DNA from: Octopus sinensis
Taxonomy: Eukaryota
Reading direction: 5' to 3'
DNA length: 64,000 nt
Assembly: GCF_006345805.1 (NCBI RefSeq)
Contig: NC_043006.1
Coordinates: 56,916,001 to 56,980,000, forward strand
Position numbers and translations under genes: made by a program. Below, piece by piece: positions 1 through 13,416 of the stretch (position 1 is the first letter of the stretch; each line of letters starts with the position of its first letter). A model generated the notes under the pieces. It was not told the origin of the DNA and searched no databases. It saw only the letters and a list, made by a program, of their open reading frames with translations.

Positions 1-853
1 GTTACCCAGAATAACAAATTCTATCGTAAAATTTTGTTGTATACCCAATTGAATATTAGCTAATAACCCATTTTCTATAGCGATGTTTGAACAAAATTTT
101 AATAATTTTATATATTGTTGAATTTACCTGTATCTACCTGCAATTAGAGTCACTTTGTGACAAAAATTATAGTATAGAATTGGTTGAGAACATTTCACTA
201 AATTATCTTCCAAAAATCAGATTAATATATTCATAAATAAAAAAGTTATAGTTGTTTAATGAAACCAGACTAAATTTATGATTACGTTAGAAATTAATTG
301 AAACACATAAGGGGTGTATTTTGGTCAGAAATATAGTAACGAAAGGGTTAAGAAAAACCAAAAATATTTTATTCTTTGTAAATGTTGTGTTCAAAATAAC
401 ATTTTCTTTTAAGAATGTGTATATAACAAAGTATGTGTATATAACTACGTGGCTTATATCTTTATATATAAGAGTGAAGTTGTGTGTCTGTCTCCTACGA
501 TTTAGATTCGTAACCACTCCCACATTTTGCGGTGTAGTTTAACCAAAAGCGGGTATCTTATAGTCGTGATTCATATCGAGCCCTTCTGGGTATTAGCGCG
601 CGTCTACGATGAGTCTACGATTTTAAAAAATTTACCATCATATTTTTCCATTTTAATGCATATTTTTCGTTATTATATAAGGGAAGTAACTCTCTAAAAA
701 TATCTACGATGTGTCAACGATTTAAAAAAAATTAACTTAATTTTTTTTCAATTTTTAATGCATTTTTTGGCTATTTTTTGGCTATAACTCTCTAAAAATG
801 CTTATATAGTTATTTCCCTTACAAACCCGAGCAACGCCGGGCGATACTGCTAG
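1..853 (+). mobile_element. Non-autonomous Helitron-like element, 3' part
   Basis: Ends in the subterminal hairpin ACCCGAGCAACGCCGGG followed by CTAG (850-853). Positions ~230-853 are nearly identical to ~1690-2296. Confidence 0.75.
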
Positions 854-2296
854 TCTTATTATAAAAGGCAGATTTTATCTGCCTCCCTTTGTCTCTTATA
901 GAAATCTACAATATAGGATTTCTTCAATTACAATTTACCTAGCATTTTTAAGAGTAGAATGCATCGGGTCGTGCCAGGTCCAGTTTTTAAAATTTCAACC
1001 CCAATTAAGCAAAATTTAGAGAAAACTCACATTGTGGTGTGTGAGTCAAGTGCTTTTCTTAGTGTGGGCTATAGCACACGCACACACACACACACACACA
1101 AAAAGGGAGCGATCTGATTCACTCACGCTATCACTCTAATTTCTACGACTTTCTCTTTGCAAGTTTGCAACGATTAAAGTGAAACTATTTCGATAAAACG
1201 AGAGAAGTGTACCTTAAACCACCACTAAAAAAAACACACACAGCAAACAGAAACAAATAAATACATAACGATTTACTCCTCGCACAATTTCTTCAATTAG
1301 AGTTTACCCATGATTTTTCAAAGTACTTCCATTGGGTCATGCCATACAAAATTTCTTTCAATTTTACCCCCAATTAAGACAAAATTCGAGAAAACTCAAT
1401 ATTTTAACATTTCACTCCGAAAGCATTGATGTACATGTGTGCGTGCGTGAGTGTGTGTGTGTCATTCCTCACACACACGCATACACATACATATATGACA
1501 GTGACAAACACAAACGTTTCAAACAACTACATACAAACACGTGTGTGTTTGTTATTAGTAAAAAAGGCGCCAAAACACAACTCACTTCTCATTCCAACAC
1601 ATTTGCAAAGACACACGGACGGTCGAATTGCTATAACAATACAGAAAAGGTAAATTGGTTTTTATTTTACTTTTTGTCGTTAAATTTTGGTAGTATTAAT
1701 TGGCGAGCCGAGCTTGCAGTATGAAACAGTGTTTATGTATAAACAGACCTCACTTATATATAGTTACTAATAAATGTATGCATCCGTTTAAAAGAAAAAC
1801 CAAAAAATATTTTATTCTTTATAAATGTTGTGTTCAAAATAACATTTTCTTTTAAGAATGTGTATATAACAAAGTATGTGTATATAACTATGTGGCTTAT
1901 ATCTTTATATATAAAAGTGAAGTTGTGTGTCTGTCTCCTACGATTTAGATTCCTGACTACTCCCACATTTTGCGGTGCAGTGTAACCAAAACCGGGTATA
2001 TTATAGTCGTAATTCATATCGAGCCCTTCTGGGTATTAGCGTGCGTCTACGATGAGTCTACGATTTAAAAAAATTACCATCATATTTTTCTATTTTAATG
2101 CATTTTTTTCGCTATTATATAAGCGAAGTAACTCTCTAAAAGTATCTACGATGTATCAACGATTTAAAAAAAATTTACCTTAATTTTTTTTCCATTTTTA
2201 ATGCATTTTTTTGCTATTTTTTGGCTATAACTCTCTAAAAATGCTTATATAGTTATTTCCCTTACAAACCCGAGCAACGCCGGGCGATACTGCTAG
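854..2296 (+). mobile_element. Non-autonomous Helitron-like element, complete
   Basis: Starts TCTTATTATAAAAGGCAGA directly after the preceding CTAG. Ends hairpin plus CTAG (2293-2296), followed by T. Confidence 0.75.
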
Positions 2297-2578
2297 TATA
2301 TATATATAAATATGCGCATTAAATATATATATCTACATATATACGCATTATATATATATGTGTGTGTGTGTGTGTGTGCGTGTGTATGCATTATATATAC
2401 AAATGTATACTAATTATACTATAGGCTGATTTACGCCCAAACTGACTTATAATCAGTCAGTTGTAACCAGTTCTGCTTAATAAGCTATACTTGAATGAAT
2501 GTTTGCTGTAATGTGTAAGTGGAAAACAAGTTTCTGTAACTCACTGTTAATGAAATTCCGTCAAAGTAAAGGCCTGTT

Positions 2579-2643
<65 letters not shown>

Positions 2644-2648
2644 GTGTG

Positions 2649-2682
<34 letters not shown>

Positions 2683-2727
2683 ATATATGTATGTATGTAT
2701 GTATACATATATGTATGTATATATATA

Positions 2728-3140
2728 TCTCTTATGATAAAAGGCAGATTTTCTCTGCCTGTTCCCATGTTCGTTTTTAATACAATTCTACAATAGAGAA
2801 TTTCTTCAATTGGAATTTACCTATGATTTTTCCAAGTAGATTCGATTGGGTCATAGCATATAAAGTTTTTTCAATTTGACCCCCAATTAAGCAAAAATTC
2901 GAGAAAAGTAAATATTTTACGATTTGCCTCTCTAATTTCAACTGCTTCACTCAAACTATTACCACACTTTCTGCTACTTTCTCTTTGCAAGTGTACACAC
3001 ACATAGACACGCAAACATATACATATACGATAGCCTCTCTCATTTCAAATGCTTTCCTCCGTTTTTTTCGGGAAGTTCTTTTGAAGTTGGTGTGCATCGG
3101 AAGCATTGATGTACATGTGTGCGTGCGTGAGTGTGTGTGT

Positions 3141-3180
<40 letters not shown>

Positions 3181-3815
3181 TGATGGGGTGTGCGACACAG
3201 AAAGTGTGGCGTGTAAGTGAAGTGCTTTTGTTAGTGTGTGTAAAGAGACAGAGAGAGTAATGTTGCGCTGTGTGTGTATGTGAAAGACAGAGATAACTGA
3301 ACTTTTTTTATTCACTTTTTGTAGTGAGTGACTGAGAGAGAAAGGAAGAGAGAGAGGTTATGTATGTATATATGTATGTATGGCTTCAGTGACACACACA
3401 CAAAAACACATACCTACGTACACCTAAAGCACGCGCACACACACACACAAACGGAGCGCGAACTTCAAAAGAACTTCGCGTTCTATCTATCTGGTTTGCC
3501 ATTCCTCACACACACACATACACACGCAAACATATACATATATGACAGTGACAAACACAAACGTTTCAAACAACTACATACAAACACTCAAACACACACA
3601 CGTGTGTGTTTGTTATTAGTAAAAAAGGCACCAAGCACAATTCACTTTCTCATTCGAACACATTTGCAAAAACACACCGACGGTCGAATTGCCATAACTC
3701 AACAGAAAAGGTAAATTGGCTTTTAATTTACTTTCTGTCGCTAAATTTTGGTAGTATTAATTGGCGAGCGTACTTCAGTTGTCAATTGTTGACAGAAAGA
3801 AATTGTAAGCTAAGA

Positions 3816-3863
<48 letters not shown>

Positions 3864-3958
3864 GAAGTGAAGGATAAAAATATGGCAAGAAGTGAACAGA
3901 TGTACATACATACATACATACATACATACATACATACATACATACATACATACATACA

Positions 3959-4005
<47 letters not shown>

Positions 4006-4389
4006 GTATTAATGTGTGTGTGTTATCTCTCTATATATAAAGCTGAAGTTGTCTGTGTGCGCCAGGTTTGGTAGCCTTCAACTAACACTATCTCCTCCGA
4101 GACCCTGCGGCGCAAGTTGACCAAAATTGAGAGTATGATAGAAGAAGGGTTGCTCTTCCTTCCGTACAAGATAAAATTCAAATCGGACCATGTTAACACC
4201 AAAAATTATTTACATCAAAAAGCTACTTTTTTTCTATGAAAATCCCTATTTTTTACGATTTTTTCACTGCTGTGTCGCCACTTTTCGGTGTATTTCAACC
4301 AGAAAAATGTTCACAAAATTTTTACTTTTCAAAAATTCCAATTCCAGCGGGTCGAAACAAACCCGAGCAATGCCGGGCGATACTGCTAG
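2728..4389 (+). mobile_element. Non-autonomous Helitron-like element, composite
   Basis: 5' A|TCTCTTATGATAAAAGGCAGA. 3' hairpin ACCCGAGCAATGCCGGG plus CTAG (4386-4389). An internal second 5'-like motif TCTATATATAAAGCTGAAGTTG lies at ~4030. Confidence 0.72.
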
Positions 4390-5427
4390 TCTTATGATAA
4401 AAGGCAGATTCTTATCTGCCTGTTCCCATGTTTCTTTTTAATACAATTCTACAATATAGAATTTCTTCAATTGGAATTTACCTATGATTTTTCCAAGTAG
4501 ATTCGATTGGGTCATGGCATGTAAAGTTTTTTCAATTTGACCCCCAATTAAGCAAAAATTCGAGAAAACTCAATATTTTACGATTTGCCTCTCTCATTTC
4601 AAGTGCTTCACTCCTTCCATTACCACCACACTTTCTCCTACTTTCTCTTTGCAAGTGTGAAATTGTTAAAGTGAAAGTATTATATAACAGGGATGAGCCA
4701 TTAATAGTGGTCGTCCTTTTTGCTAGAGGAAGATCGCTAATGTCTTATATGCTACACCACTGGTTTTCAATTCATATTAATCAAATTAATATTCAATTTT
4801 TAACCCTTATTATGTGTGTGTGTGTGTGTATTTGCAATTCGTATAAAATTGCATCAATGACTTGAACTTGAATAAGTGGGTTCACATAAATGGGGATAAA
4901 TAAAAAAAGGTTTGTTGTTATTATTATTACTGTTTGAATATTGTAATCACGTTTGTTGGATCCTCGTCAGGGAAACGTTGTTGTGTTGCATTTGTTAAAT
5001 AATTGTAAACCGTAACCCTCCCCCTTTCGGAGAAGGGGCTTTGGTTATTGTTTAAAAATTGAATTGTGTCCCTGTTTGGGGAAATTGACAATATTTTCAC
5101 CGTCTTTACGGAAGCATTTTTCTTAAAATGCCTTCGATAGAAGAAAGTCCAAAAATGAATTTCGCTGCAGCCGTACACTTCTATACAAGAGGGAGGACAA
5201 GATCCAATTGATCGAAATTGCAAGAGAGGGGCCTACAATTCCAGTCTGTTATATATTTTGAGTATTGTTATCACTAGCGATATCAAGATATAACTTTGTA
5301 TTTTGTATTTTATGTGTAGATGTATATATATAGATGTACATGTAATATGTATACATAGATATACACATATACATGCATAATATATCTACCCATACACACA
5401 TACGCACACACACACACACATACATAG

Positions 5428-5575
5428 GGGCAGGTGTGGCTGTGTGGTAACAAACTACGTTCCAAACACATGGTTCTGGGTTCAGCCCCACTGTGTGGTG
5501 ACTTGGCATGTGTCTTCTGCTGTAGCTTCAGACCAACAAAAGCCTTTTCAGTGGATTTTGTACATATATACAGGC
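5428..5575 (+). mobile_element. tRNA-derived SINE head, family A
   Basis: GTGGCTGTGTGGTAA (A-box-like) and GGGTTCAGCCCCAC (B-box-like). Homologous to 28605-28770, 50035-50195 and 52945-53102. Confidence 0.7.
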
Positions 5576-5589
5576 ATACATACATTCAG

Positions 5590-7022
5590 GTCAGGGTCAA
5601 ATAGCCTTCCCACTGCTGTCATTCGTGAAACAACCTACGACACTCAAGCGCTTTCAAAGTACATTGTTGAAAATGAGCCTATATTACTTCTGGACCAGCT
5701 GCAGGCCTACTGAACTATTCTTAACAGTGTACGCCAACGCGAGAGACAAATCTTCTTCCTCGATGTTCCTGGAAGGACGGGAAAAACATTTATTACAAAG
5801 CTTCTCCTTGCAGAAGTTAGGTAGCATCAGGACATTGCAGTAGCTGTAGCCTCCTCTGGCATTGCAGCTACTTTGTTACCCGGTGGCAGGACAGCACACT
5901 CAACTTTTAAACTCCCTCTCAATTTAGCAGCATCCGAAATGCCTTCATGCAACATCAAAAGCTCAGATCAGAGACAAGTACTTAAAATGTGTTATGTAAT
6001 TGTCTGGGATGAGTGCACTATGGCTCACAAAGGAGCTTTGGAAGCATTAGATTGAGCCCTGAAAGAAATCCGAGACTGTCAGGCTCCAATGGGAGGTGTA
6101 ACGCTTCTGTTGTCAGGTGATTTCAGGCAAACTCTTCCTGTCATTCCGAAAGGCACTAGAGCTGATGGAGTTCAAGCACGCCTAAAGTCCTCTACCCTGT
6201 GGCATCATGTTACAATCTTTAGTCTCACCACTAACATGAGAGCTCAGCTACACGGCGACAAAATGTCCACAAAGTTTGCACAGGACATTTGGACACTTGG
6301 TGAAGGCAAGATGGCTCTCGATGCTGCAGGACAAATGGAAGTGTGGTCATTTTCCTCTGTTGTTAATTCTGTAGATGACCTCAGAAACAAAGTCTTTCCC
6401 AACTTCACACAAAACTACCAAAATCACAATTGGCTGTGTGAAAGAGCAATATTAGCTCCAAAAAATGTCATTGTTAACAAAATTAATCAACAGCTAACGC
6501 ATTCTCTTCCCGGCACTATACACACTTACAAGTCTGTTGATACAATTCCAGATATAAATGAAGTTGTGAACTATCCTCCTGAATTTCTCAATTCACTGGA
6601 GCCTCCTCGACTACATATTAGCACTTAAAGTTGGAACTCCTGTAATGCTACTCCGCAATCTGGAACCACCAATACTTTGCAATGGAACACGACTGGTGAT
6701 AAAGAAAATGATGTCACACGTTATCGAGGCGATCATTCTTTCTGGATGTGGAAAAGGTGATGACATCTTTATTCCAAGATTTCCTCTTACTCCATCAGGA
6801 GCACAAATTCCATTTACATTCAGAAGACTGCAATTCCTCCTTCGTGTCAGCTTTGCCATGTCCATTAACAAATCTCAGGGTCAAACCCTCTCTGTAGCTG
6901 GTCTTCTCTTGGAAGAGCCCTGCTTCTCGCATAGGCAACTGTATGTTGGCTGCTCAAGAGTAGGAACCAAAAGAAACCTTTTTGCATATGCTCCACAAGG
7001 AAAAACAAGAAACATTGTTTAA
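5590..7022 (+). pseudogene. Helitron PIF1-family helicase, disrupted by stops and frameshifts
   Basis: Motifs: FFLDVPGRTGKTF (Walker A), ASSGIAATLLPGGRTAHSTFKLP, IVWDECTM, LLSGDFRQTLPVI, ERAILAPKN, LLRNL..CNGTRL, FAMSINKSQGQTL, QLYVGCSRV. No Rep (HUH) domain is seen. Confidence 0.93.
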
Positions 7023-7123
7023 AACGAGGTGTTATAATCTCAACAGCCAGGAGGTATATGCATGATCCCCTTTTTTTTAACAAACTTCATGTACTTTCAT
7101 GTATTTATATTAATATACATATA

Positions 7124-7189
<66 letters not shown>

Positions 7190-7294
7190 GTGTGTGTGTA
7201 TTTATATATATATATAACAGAAAAGTCTAATTCTTCTATTGAATGTAACCGGGCAACGCCGGGTATCTCTGCTAGTATATATATAAATTAAATT

Positions 7295-8081
7295 GGATCT
7301 TTTCCTTTTGAACGGCAGACAATTTCTAGTTAACTAAACACTTTAAAACTTCGTATACTAGTAGAATGTGTCAAAATAAAACATTTTTTTCTCTTGGCTT
7401 TCTTGAGAAAATTGTAATTTGTTTGTTTCACGTAGTTTATTTTTTCGAATTTTAACCAATCCTATGCTCTCTTTTGAGCTAAAATCATTTGCTGCGTCTA
7501 AAACTGAGACACTACCCCTCAACCTAACCCTAAGCCTAATTTTTTTTTCTTAATTATTACATTAATTTAATTGTTACGCGTGTAAAAAAAAAACGAAAGC
7601 AATGGAAAAGAATTTAAACAATTAACAAACAAAATAATTCTATAATTTTATACACACGCTTTCTGTAACACACGCTTTCCATATACGTACGGAAAGCGTG
7701 TGTATAAAATTATAGAATTATTTTATTTGTTAATTGTTTAAAACATTTTCCATTGCTTTCGGGTTTTTTTACACGCGTAACAATTAACAAAAAAAATTAG
7801 GGTTAGGGTTAGAGTTAGGGGGAGGGTTAGAGTTAGTTACAGGAAGATGTCTCAGTTTTAGACGCAGTAAATGATTTTAGTTGAATGGAGGTAATCGATT
7901 GGTTAAAATTGCCGAAATGCTCGGATTTTCAGACGAAATATCTTACAAACTATAAAATTTTCTCAATAAAGCCAAGAAAAAAATGATGTTTTATAAATAC
8001 ATTCTACAAGTATACAAAGTTTAAAAGTGTTTAGTTAAATAGAAATTGTGTTGACATCTATCGTTCAAAAGGAAAAGATCC
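7295..8081. mobile_element. Foldback MITE with 8-bp TSD and internal telomere-like repeats
   Basis: TIR GGATCTTTTCCTTTTGAAC / GTTCAAAAGGAAAAGATCC. ATTAAATT on both sides (7287-7294 and 8082-8089). Almost the whole element is an imperfect palindrome. CCCTAA/TTAGGG units at ~7521-7539 and ~7798-7840. Confidence 0.85.
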
Positions 8082-8159
8082 ATTAAATTATTTAAACTGT
8101 GAAATTTGATTATATCCTAAATCTAATTTTTCCCTGTAAGTTTGGATATACTCCCTACT

Positions 8160-8241
8160 ATTATATATATATAATATTATATATATATATATATATATAT
8201 TAGATATATAATATATATATATATATATATATAGTATATAT

Positions 8242-8272
<31 letters not shown>

Positions 8273-8320
8273 GTATATTATATATTATATGTATATAATA
8301 TATATATATGTGTATATATA

Positions 8321-8396
<76 letters not shown>

Positions 8397-8551
8397 GTGT
8401 ATATATATAATATAATATATATATATATATATATATATTACATATATATATATATATTCACATATATATATGTTTATATATATATATCATATAATATATT
8501 TATATGTATATATATATATACATATGTATATATATGGATATATATATATAG

Positions 8552-8582
<31 letters not shown>

Positions 8583-8724
8583 TTATGCATATATATAACG
8601 TATATATATATGTATGTTATATATATAGATAGATAGATAGATCATACATACATATATAGATATATAGATACATATATATATTATATATATTATTTTATAT
8701 ACATATATGTACATAATATATACA

Positions 8725-8797
<73 letters not shown>
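8160..8797. repeat. Long degenerate (TA)n tract, representative of many
   Basis: Similar tracts occur throughout, e.g. 10488-10720, 57560-57715 and 63012-63357. Also (TAA)n at 42667-42790, (CTA)n at 39860-39958 and (CTT)n at 52032-52079. Confidence 0.95.
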
Positions 8798-8800
<3 letters not shown>

Positions 8801-9076
8801 CAACAATTGAGGGTAAAATTAATTAATCAATTTCACCAAGTGTTCAGTATGTAAAAGGACCATTTAAGGCGAATTCAAAATATTACGTTATATAATTAGG
8901 GCTTAGTAAATTAATTACTTTGCCACATACTGAACTTAGTAGAAATAGCAACCAAAAAAAATTTTTTTTAGCCATTTCTACTACTTAAAGAAAATTTCTC
9001 TCAGATAATGTTTACTCAAGACAGCTCACGAAGGTTTGGAGGTAAATACAGAAAAATATCACAAGTACATAGATCG

Positions 9077-9139
9077 TTTGAGTACGTCAACGTTTCAAGA
9101 TTAGCCAAATAAAATCAGCATTTCTTTCGTCAGCTCAAA
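9077..9139 (-). ncRNA. Type I hammerhead ribozyme motif, copy 1
   Basis: Minus strand: UUUGAG-CUGACGA-AAGA...UCUU-GAAA-CGUUGACG-UA-CUCAAA. Stems I, II and III all pair and the cleavage triplet is GUA. Confidence 0.8.
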
Positions 9140-9632
9140 ATTTCTTAATTTGGATTTGGAAACACTAAAAAGAAGGAACTTTACCTATCGGCGAACTTGT
9201 CGCTTCAAATGAACCAGCTCCAACTGCCAGTGCCAACAAATTCAAAATGCGCAGGCGTAAATTTCTGCACTCCTTTTCCACCCACGTGGTCTATCTAGCA
9301 GACATTATATTTTAACCGCGAGAACCAAGGCAGTATGACAGAGAGAAATGAATTATAATATCAACAATTGAGGGTAAAATTAATTAATCAATTTCACCAA
9401 GTGTTCAGTATGTAAAAGGACCATTTAAGGAGAATTCAAAATATTACATTATATAATTAGGGCTTAGTAAATTAATTACTTTGCCACATACTGAACTTAG
9501 AAATAGCTGCCAAAAAAATTTTTTTAGCCATTTCTACTACTTAAAGAAAATTTCTCTCAGATAATGTTTACTCCAGACAGCTCACGAAGGTTTGGAGGTA
9601 AATACAGAAAAATATCACAAGTACATAGATCG

Positions 9633-9695
9633 TTTGAGTACGTCAACGTTTCAAGATTAGCCAAATAAAATCAGCATTTCTTTCGTCAGCTCAAA
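9633..9695 (-). ncRNA. Type I hammerhead ribozyme motif, copy 2
   Basis: Same motif as copy 1, 556 nt away. Confidence 0.8.
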
Positions 9696-10235
9696 ATTTC
9701 TTAATTTGGATTTGGAAACACTAAAAAGAAGGAACTTTACCTATCGGCGAACTTGTCGCTTCAAATGAACCAGCTCCAACTGCCAGTGCCAACAAATTCA
9801 AAATGCGCAGGCGTAAATTTCTGCACTCCTTTTCCACCCACGTGGTCTATCTAGCAAACATTATATTTTAACCGTGAGAACCAAGGCAGTATGACAGAGA
9901 GAAATGAATTATAATATCAACAATTGAGGGTAAAATTAATTAATCAATTTCACCAAGTGTTCAGTATGTAAAAGGACCATTTAAGGCGAATTCAAAATAT
10001 TACATTATATAATTAGGGCTTAGTAAATTAATTACTTTGCCATGCCTTGGTTCCCGCGGTTAAAATATAATGTTTGCTAGATAGACCACGTGGGTGGAAA
10101 AGGAGTGCAGAAATTTACGCCTGCGCATTTTGAATTTGTTGGCACTGGCAGTTGGAGCTGGTTCATTTGAAGCGACAAGTTCGCCGATAGGTAAAGTTCC
10201 TTCTTTTTAGTGTTTCCAAATCCAAATTAAGAAAT

Positions 10236-10298
10236 TTTGAGCTGACGAAAGAAATGCTGATTTTATTTGGCTAATCTTGAAACGTTGACGTACTCAAA
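10236..10298 (+). ncRNA. Type I hammerhead ribozyme motif, inverted copy
   Basis: TTTGAG 10236-41, CTGACGA 10242-48, AAGA/TCTT stem II, GAAA 10279-82, GTA 10290-92, CTCAAA 10293-98. Confidence 0.8.
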
Positions 10299-10483
10299 CG
10301 ATCTATGTACTTGTGATATTTTTCTGTATTTACCTCCAAACCTTTGTGAGCTGTCTTGAGTAAACATTATCTGAGAGAAATTTTCTTTAAGTAGTAGAAA
10401 TGGCTAAAAAAATTTTTTTTGGCTGCTATTTCTACTAAGTTCAGTATGTGGCAAAGTAATTAATTTACTAAGCCCTAATTATA

Positions 10484-10722
<239 letters not shown>

Positions 10723-10729
10723 GATATAG

Positions 10730-12455
10730 AATCAGAGGCAACGATGAATGATTACATCAATATAAAGGAAGACGATGTAATAGAGGCTATAGATGAAATG
10801 AAAACAAACTCACTACTGGCCCCGATGGATTCCAGCAATCCTTCTAAAAGTATGTAAGAGAGTCCTAGCAAGATCACTGCAGTCCTCTTTCAGAGCTTCC
10901 TTGCAACTGGCAAACTTCCAAGAAAACTGAAGGAAGGTAAAATATGCCCTATTCATAAAGAAGGTAGCAGAGCGGAGGCCAAGAACTACAGACCTATCTC
11001 TCTGACCTCACACATCAGCAAGGTCATGGAACGAATAGTCAGAAGGAAACTAATCACCTTCCTTGAAGAAAATGACTTGCTGCCTGACACCCAACATGGT
11101 TTCCGACCAGGAAGAAGCTGCCTAGCTCAGCTCCTACAACACTATGACTGGGTGCTGAAACGACTGCTCAACCACTCAAATGTGAAAGTGATATATCTCG
11201 ACTTTGCAAAGGCCTTTGATAAAGTCGATCATGGAATGATATGTCACAAACTGCGTGATCTTTGCATAGTTGGAAAATTGGGAGAATGGCTTCATGACTT
11301 TCTGAAGGATAGAAGTCAGGAGGTAGTAGCCAATGGGACCACCTCCAATAACACGCAAATAGTGAGCGGTGTTCCGCAAGACACTGTTTTGGAACCACTA
11401 CTGTTTATAATGGCCTTCTCAAACATGCCCTCAGCCACGCAGAGAGCCACGATCACAAGTTATGCAGATGATACAAAAGTTTCACGGGCAATACAGAACC
11501 CTGAAGACACTATGCACCTGCAATGTGAGCTGGACAAAATATACAAGTGGGCTGAAAAGAATAGCATGCAGTTCAATGCTGAAAAGTTTCAAGCTCTATG
11601 CTATCAGCATGCAAAACTAAATGCAATACCCAATAAATACACTGGACCTGGAGGGATTGAAATCCCAGAGGCACAATCAGTGCGAGACTTGGGTATTTAC
11701 ATGAGTGATGATGCAACTTTTCATGTGCATGTTGCTAAATTGGCAATGAAATTAGGCGGCTGACCGGATGGATTCTTAGAACCTTAGAACAAGAGACAGG
11801 AACCATGATGGTCCTCTGGAGGACACTTATCCTAAGCCACTTTGACTATTGCTCCAAGCTATGGTCACCATCCAGTGTCAAGTTAATCACAGAACTTGAG
11901 GCGATCCAACGAAGCTACACGAAGAAAATAGCCTCTGTGCAGCATATAAGCTACTGGGAAAGACTCAAGAGATTAAGACTTTATTCCTTAGTGCGTAGGC
12001 GAGAAAGATATGCCATAATATACATCTGGAGGATCCTAGAATGACTTGTCCCAAGCTTTGGCATCGAGAGTTACACAAATGCTAGAACTGGGCGCCACTG
12101 CATAGTGCCAAAGACTCCAAATTTGCCATCAAGATATAGGACAAGATACTGTGATAGCCTGGGCTTCCGAGGCCCACAGCTCTTCAATATCCTCCCGAAG
12201 GACCTGGGAGACCTGCATGGGATGGATGCAGATGTCTTTAAAATAAAACTGGATTTCTTCCTGTCAGGTGTCCCAGATGAACCAACTTCACGGCAGGAGG
12301 TGCAGATGAGGGCAGATGCATCGAACTCTCTCATGCACCAGATAGGTTTTGGTAAAAAGCATTCGTGAAGTAAAATCATGTAGCAACACCAATTGGCGGT
12401 GCCCCAGCATGGCCACAGTTTGTGACCTGAAACTAGATAAAATAAAAAATAAAAT
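10730..12455 (+). mobile_element. 5'-truncated CR1/L2-group non-LTR retrotransposon, decayed RT
   Basis: Motifs: YRPISLTS, QHGFRPGRSC, YLDFAKAFDKVDH, SGVPQ, YADDTK, RDLGI, DYCSKLWSP, YWERLKRLRLYSL. Frameshifts and stops are present. An A-rich tail lies at ~12437-12455. The exact clade is not determined. Confidence 0.92.
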
Positions 12456-12478
12456 TTTAAAAATATATACACACACAC

Positions 12479-12550
<72 letters not shown>

Positions 12551-12873
12551 TAGAAAAAATGAGGTACTCAGAAATTCGGATGTTTTACATTACAGATATT
12601 TATTTGTATATTACATGTTTTTATACATCATAAACTTAGATCAGGTATTATCGCTTTCTCCATTCAATGGATTTTCAAATCGAACTTAGTTCCTGTGTGA
12701 AAAGTTTTGACCATTTTATAGTGTTATTGAGCTATATGATGATAAAAACATGTAATATACAAATAAATATCTGTAAATATAAAACCAGCCGTATTTCTGA
12801 GTATCTCATTTCTTCTAATATAAAATACCTGAACAACACACACACACAACACACACACCACACACACACACAC

Positions 12874-12961
<88 letters not shown>

Positions 12962-12979
12962 TATATATATATATATGTA

Positions 12980-13384
12980 CTAGCAGTATCGCCCGGCGTT
13001 GCTCGGGTTTGTTTCGACTCGCTGGAATTGGAATTTTTGAAAAGTAAAATTTTGCATTATGTAGCTTGTTATTCTCTTCAAGTGAACATTTTTCAGGTTG
13101 AAATACACCGAAAAGTGGCGACACAGCAGTGAAAAAATCGTAAAAAATAGGGATTTTCATAGAAAAAAGCACGTTTTTGATGTAAATAATTTTTGGTGTT
13201 AACATGGTCCGATTTGAATTTTATCTTGTACGGAAGGAAGAGCAACCCTCCTATCATACTCTCAATTTTGGTCAATTTGCGCCGCAGGGTCTCGGAGGAG
13301 ATGGTGTTAGTTGAAGGCTACCAAACCTGGCGCACACAGACAACTTCAGCTTTATATAGAGAGATAACACACACACATTAATAC

Positions 13385-13416
<32 letters not shown>

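Larger units (their letters stand above)
4390..7275 (+). mobile_element. Composite Helitron carrying a decayed PIF1 helicase
   Basis: 5' TCTTATGATAAAAGGCAGA follows CTAG directly. 3' hairpin CCGGGCAACGCCGG plus CTAG at 7272-7275. Whether this is one element is inferred. Confidence 0.55.

Noticed and set aside
4927-5223. 98-aa ORF and nearby CTGACGAGGATCCAACAAAC (minus strand; similar word at ~54865)
   Set aside because: No recognisable domain. The motif lacks GAAA and a paired stem I, so it is not called as a hammerhead.
7798-7840. TTAGGG repeats as a telomere or fusion scar
   Set aside because: Only a few degenerate units, mirrored within MITE arms.
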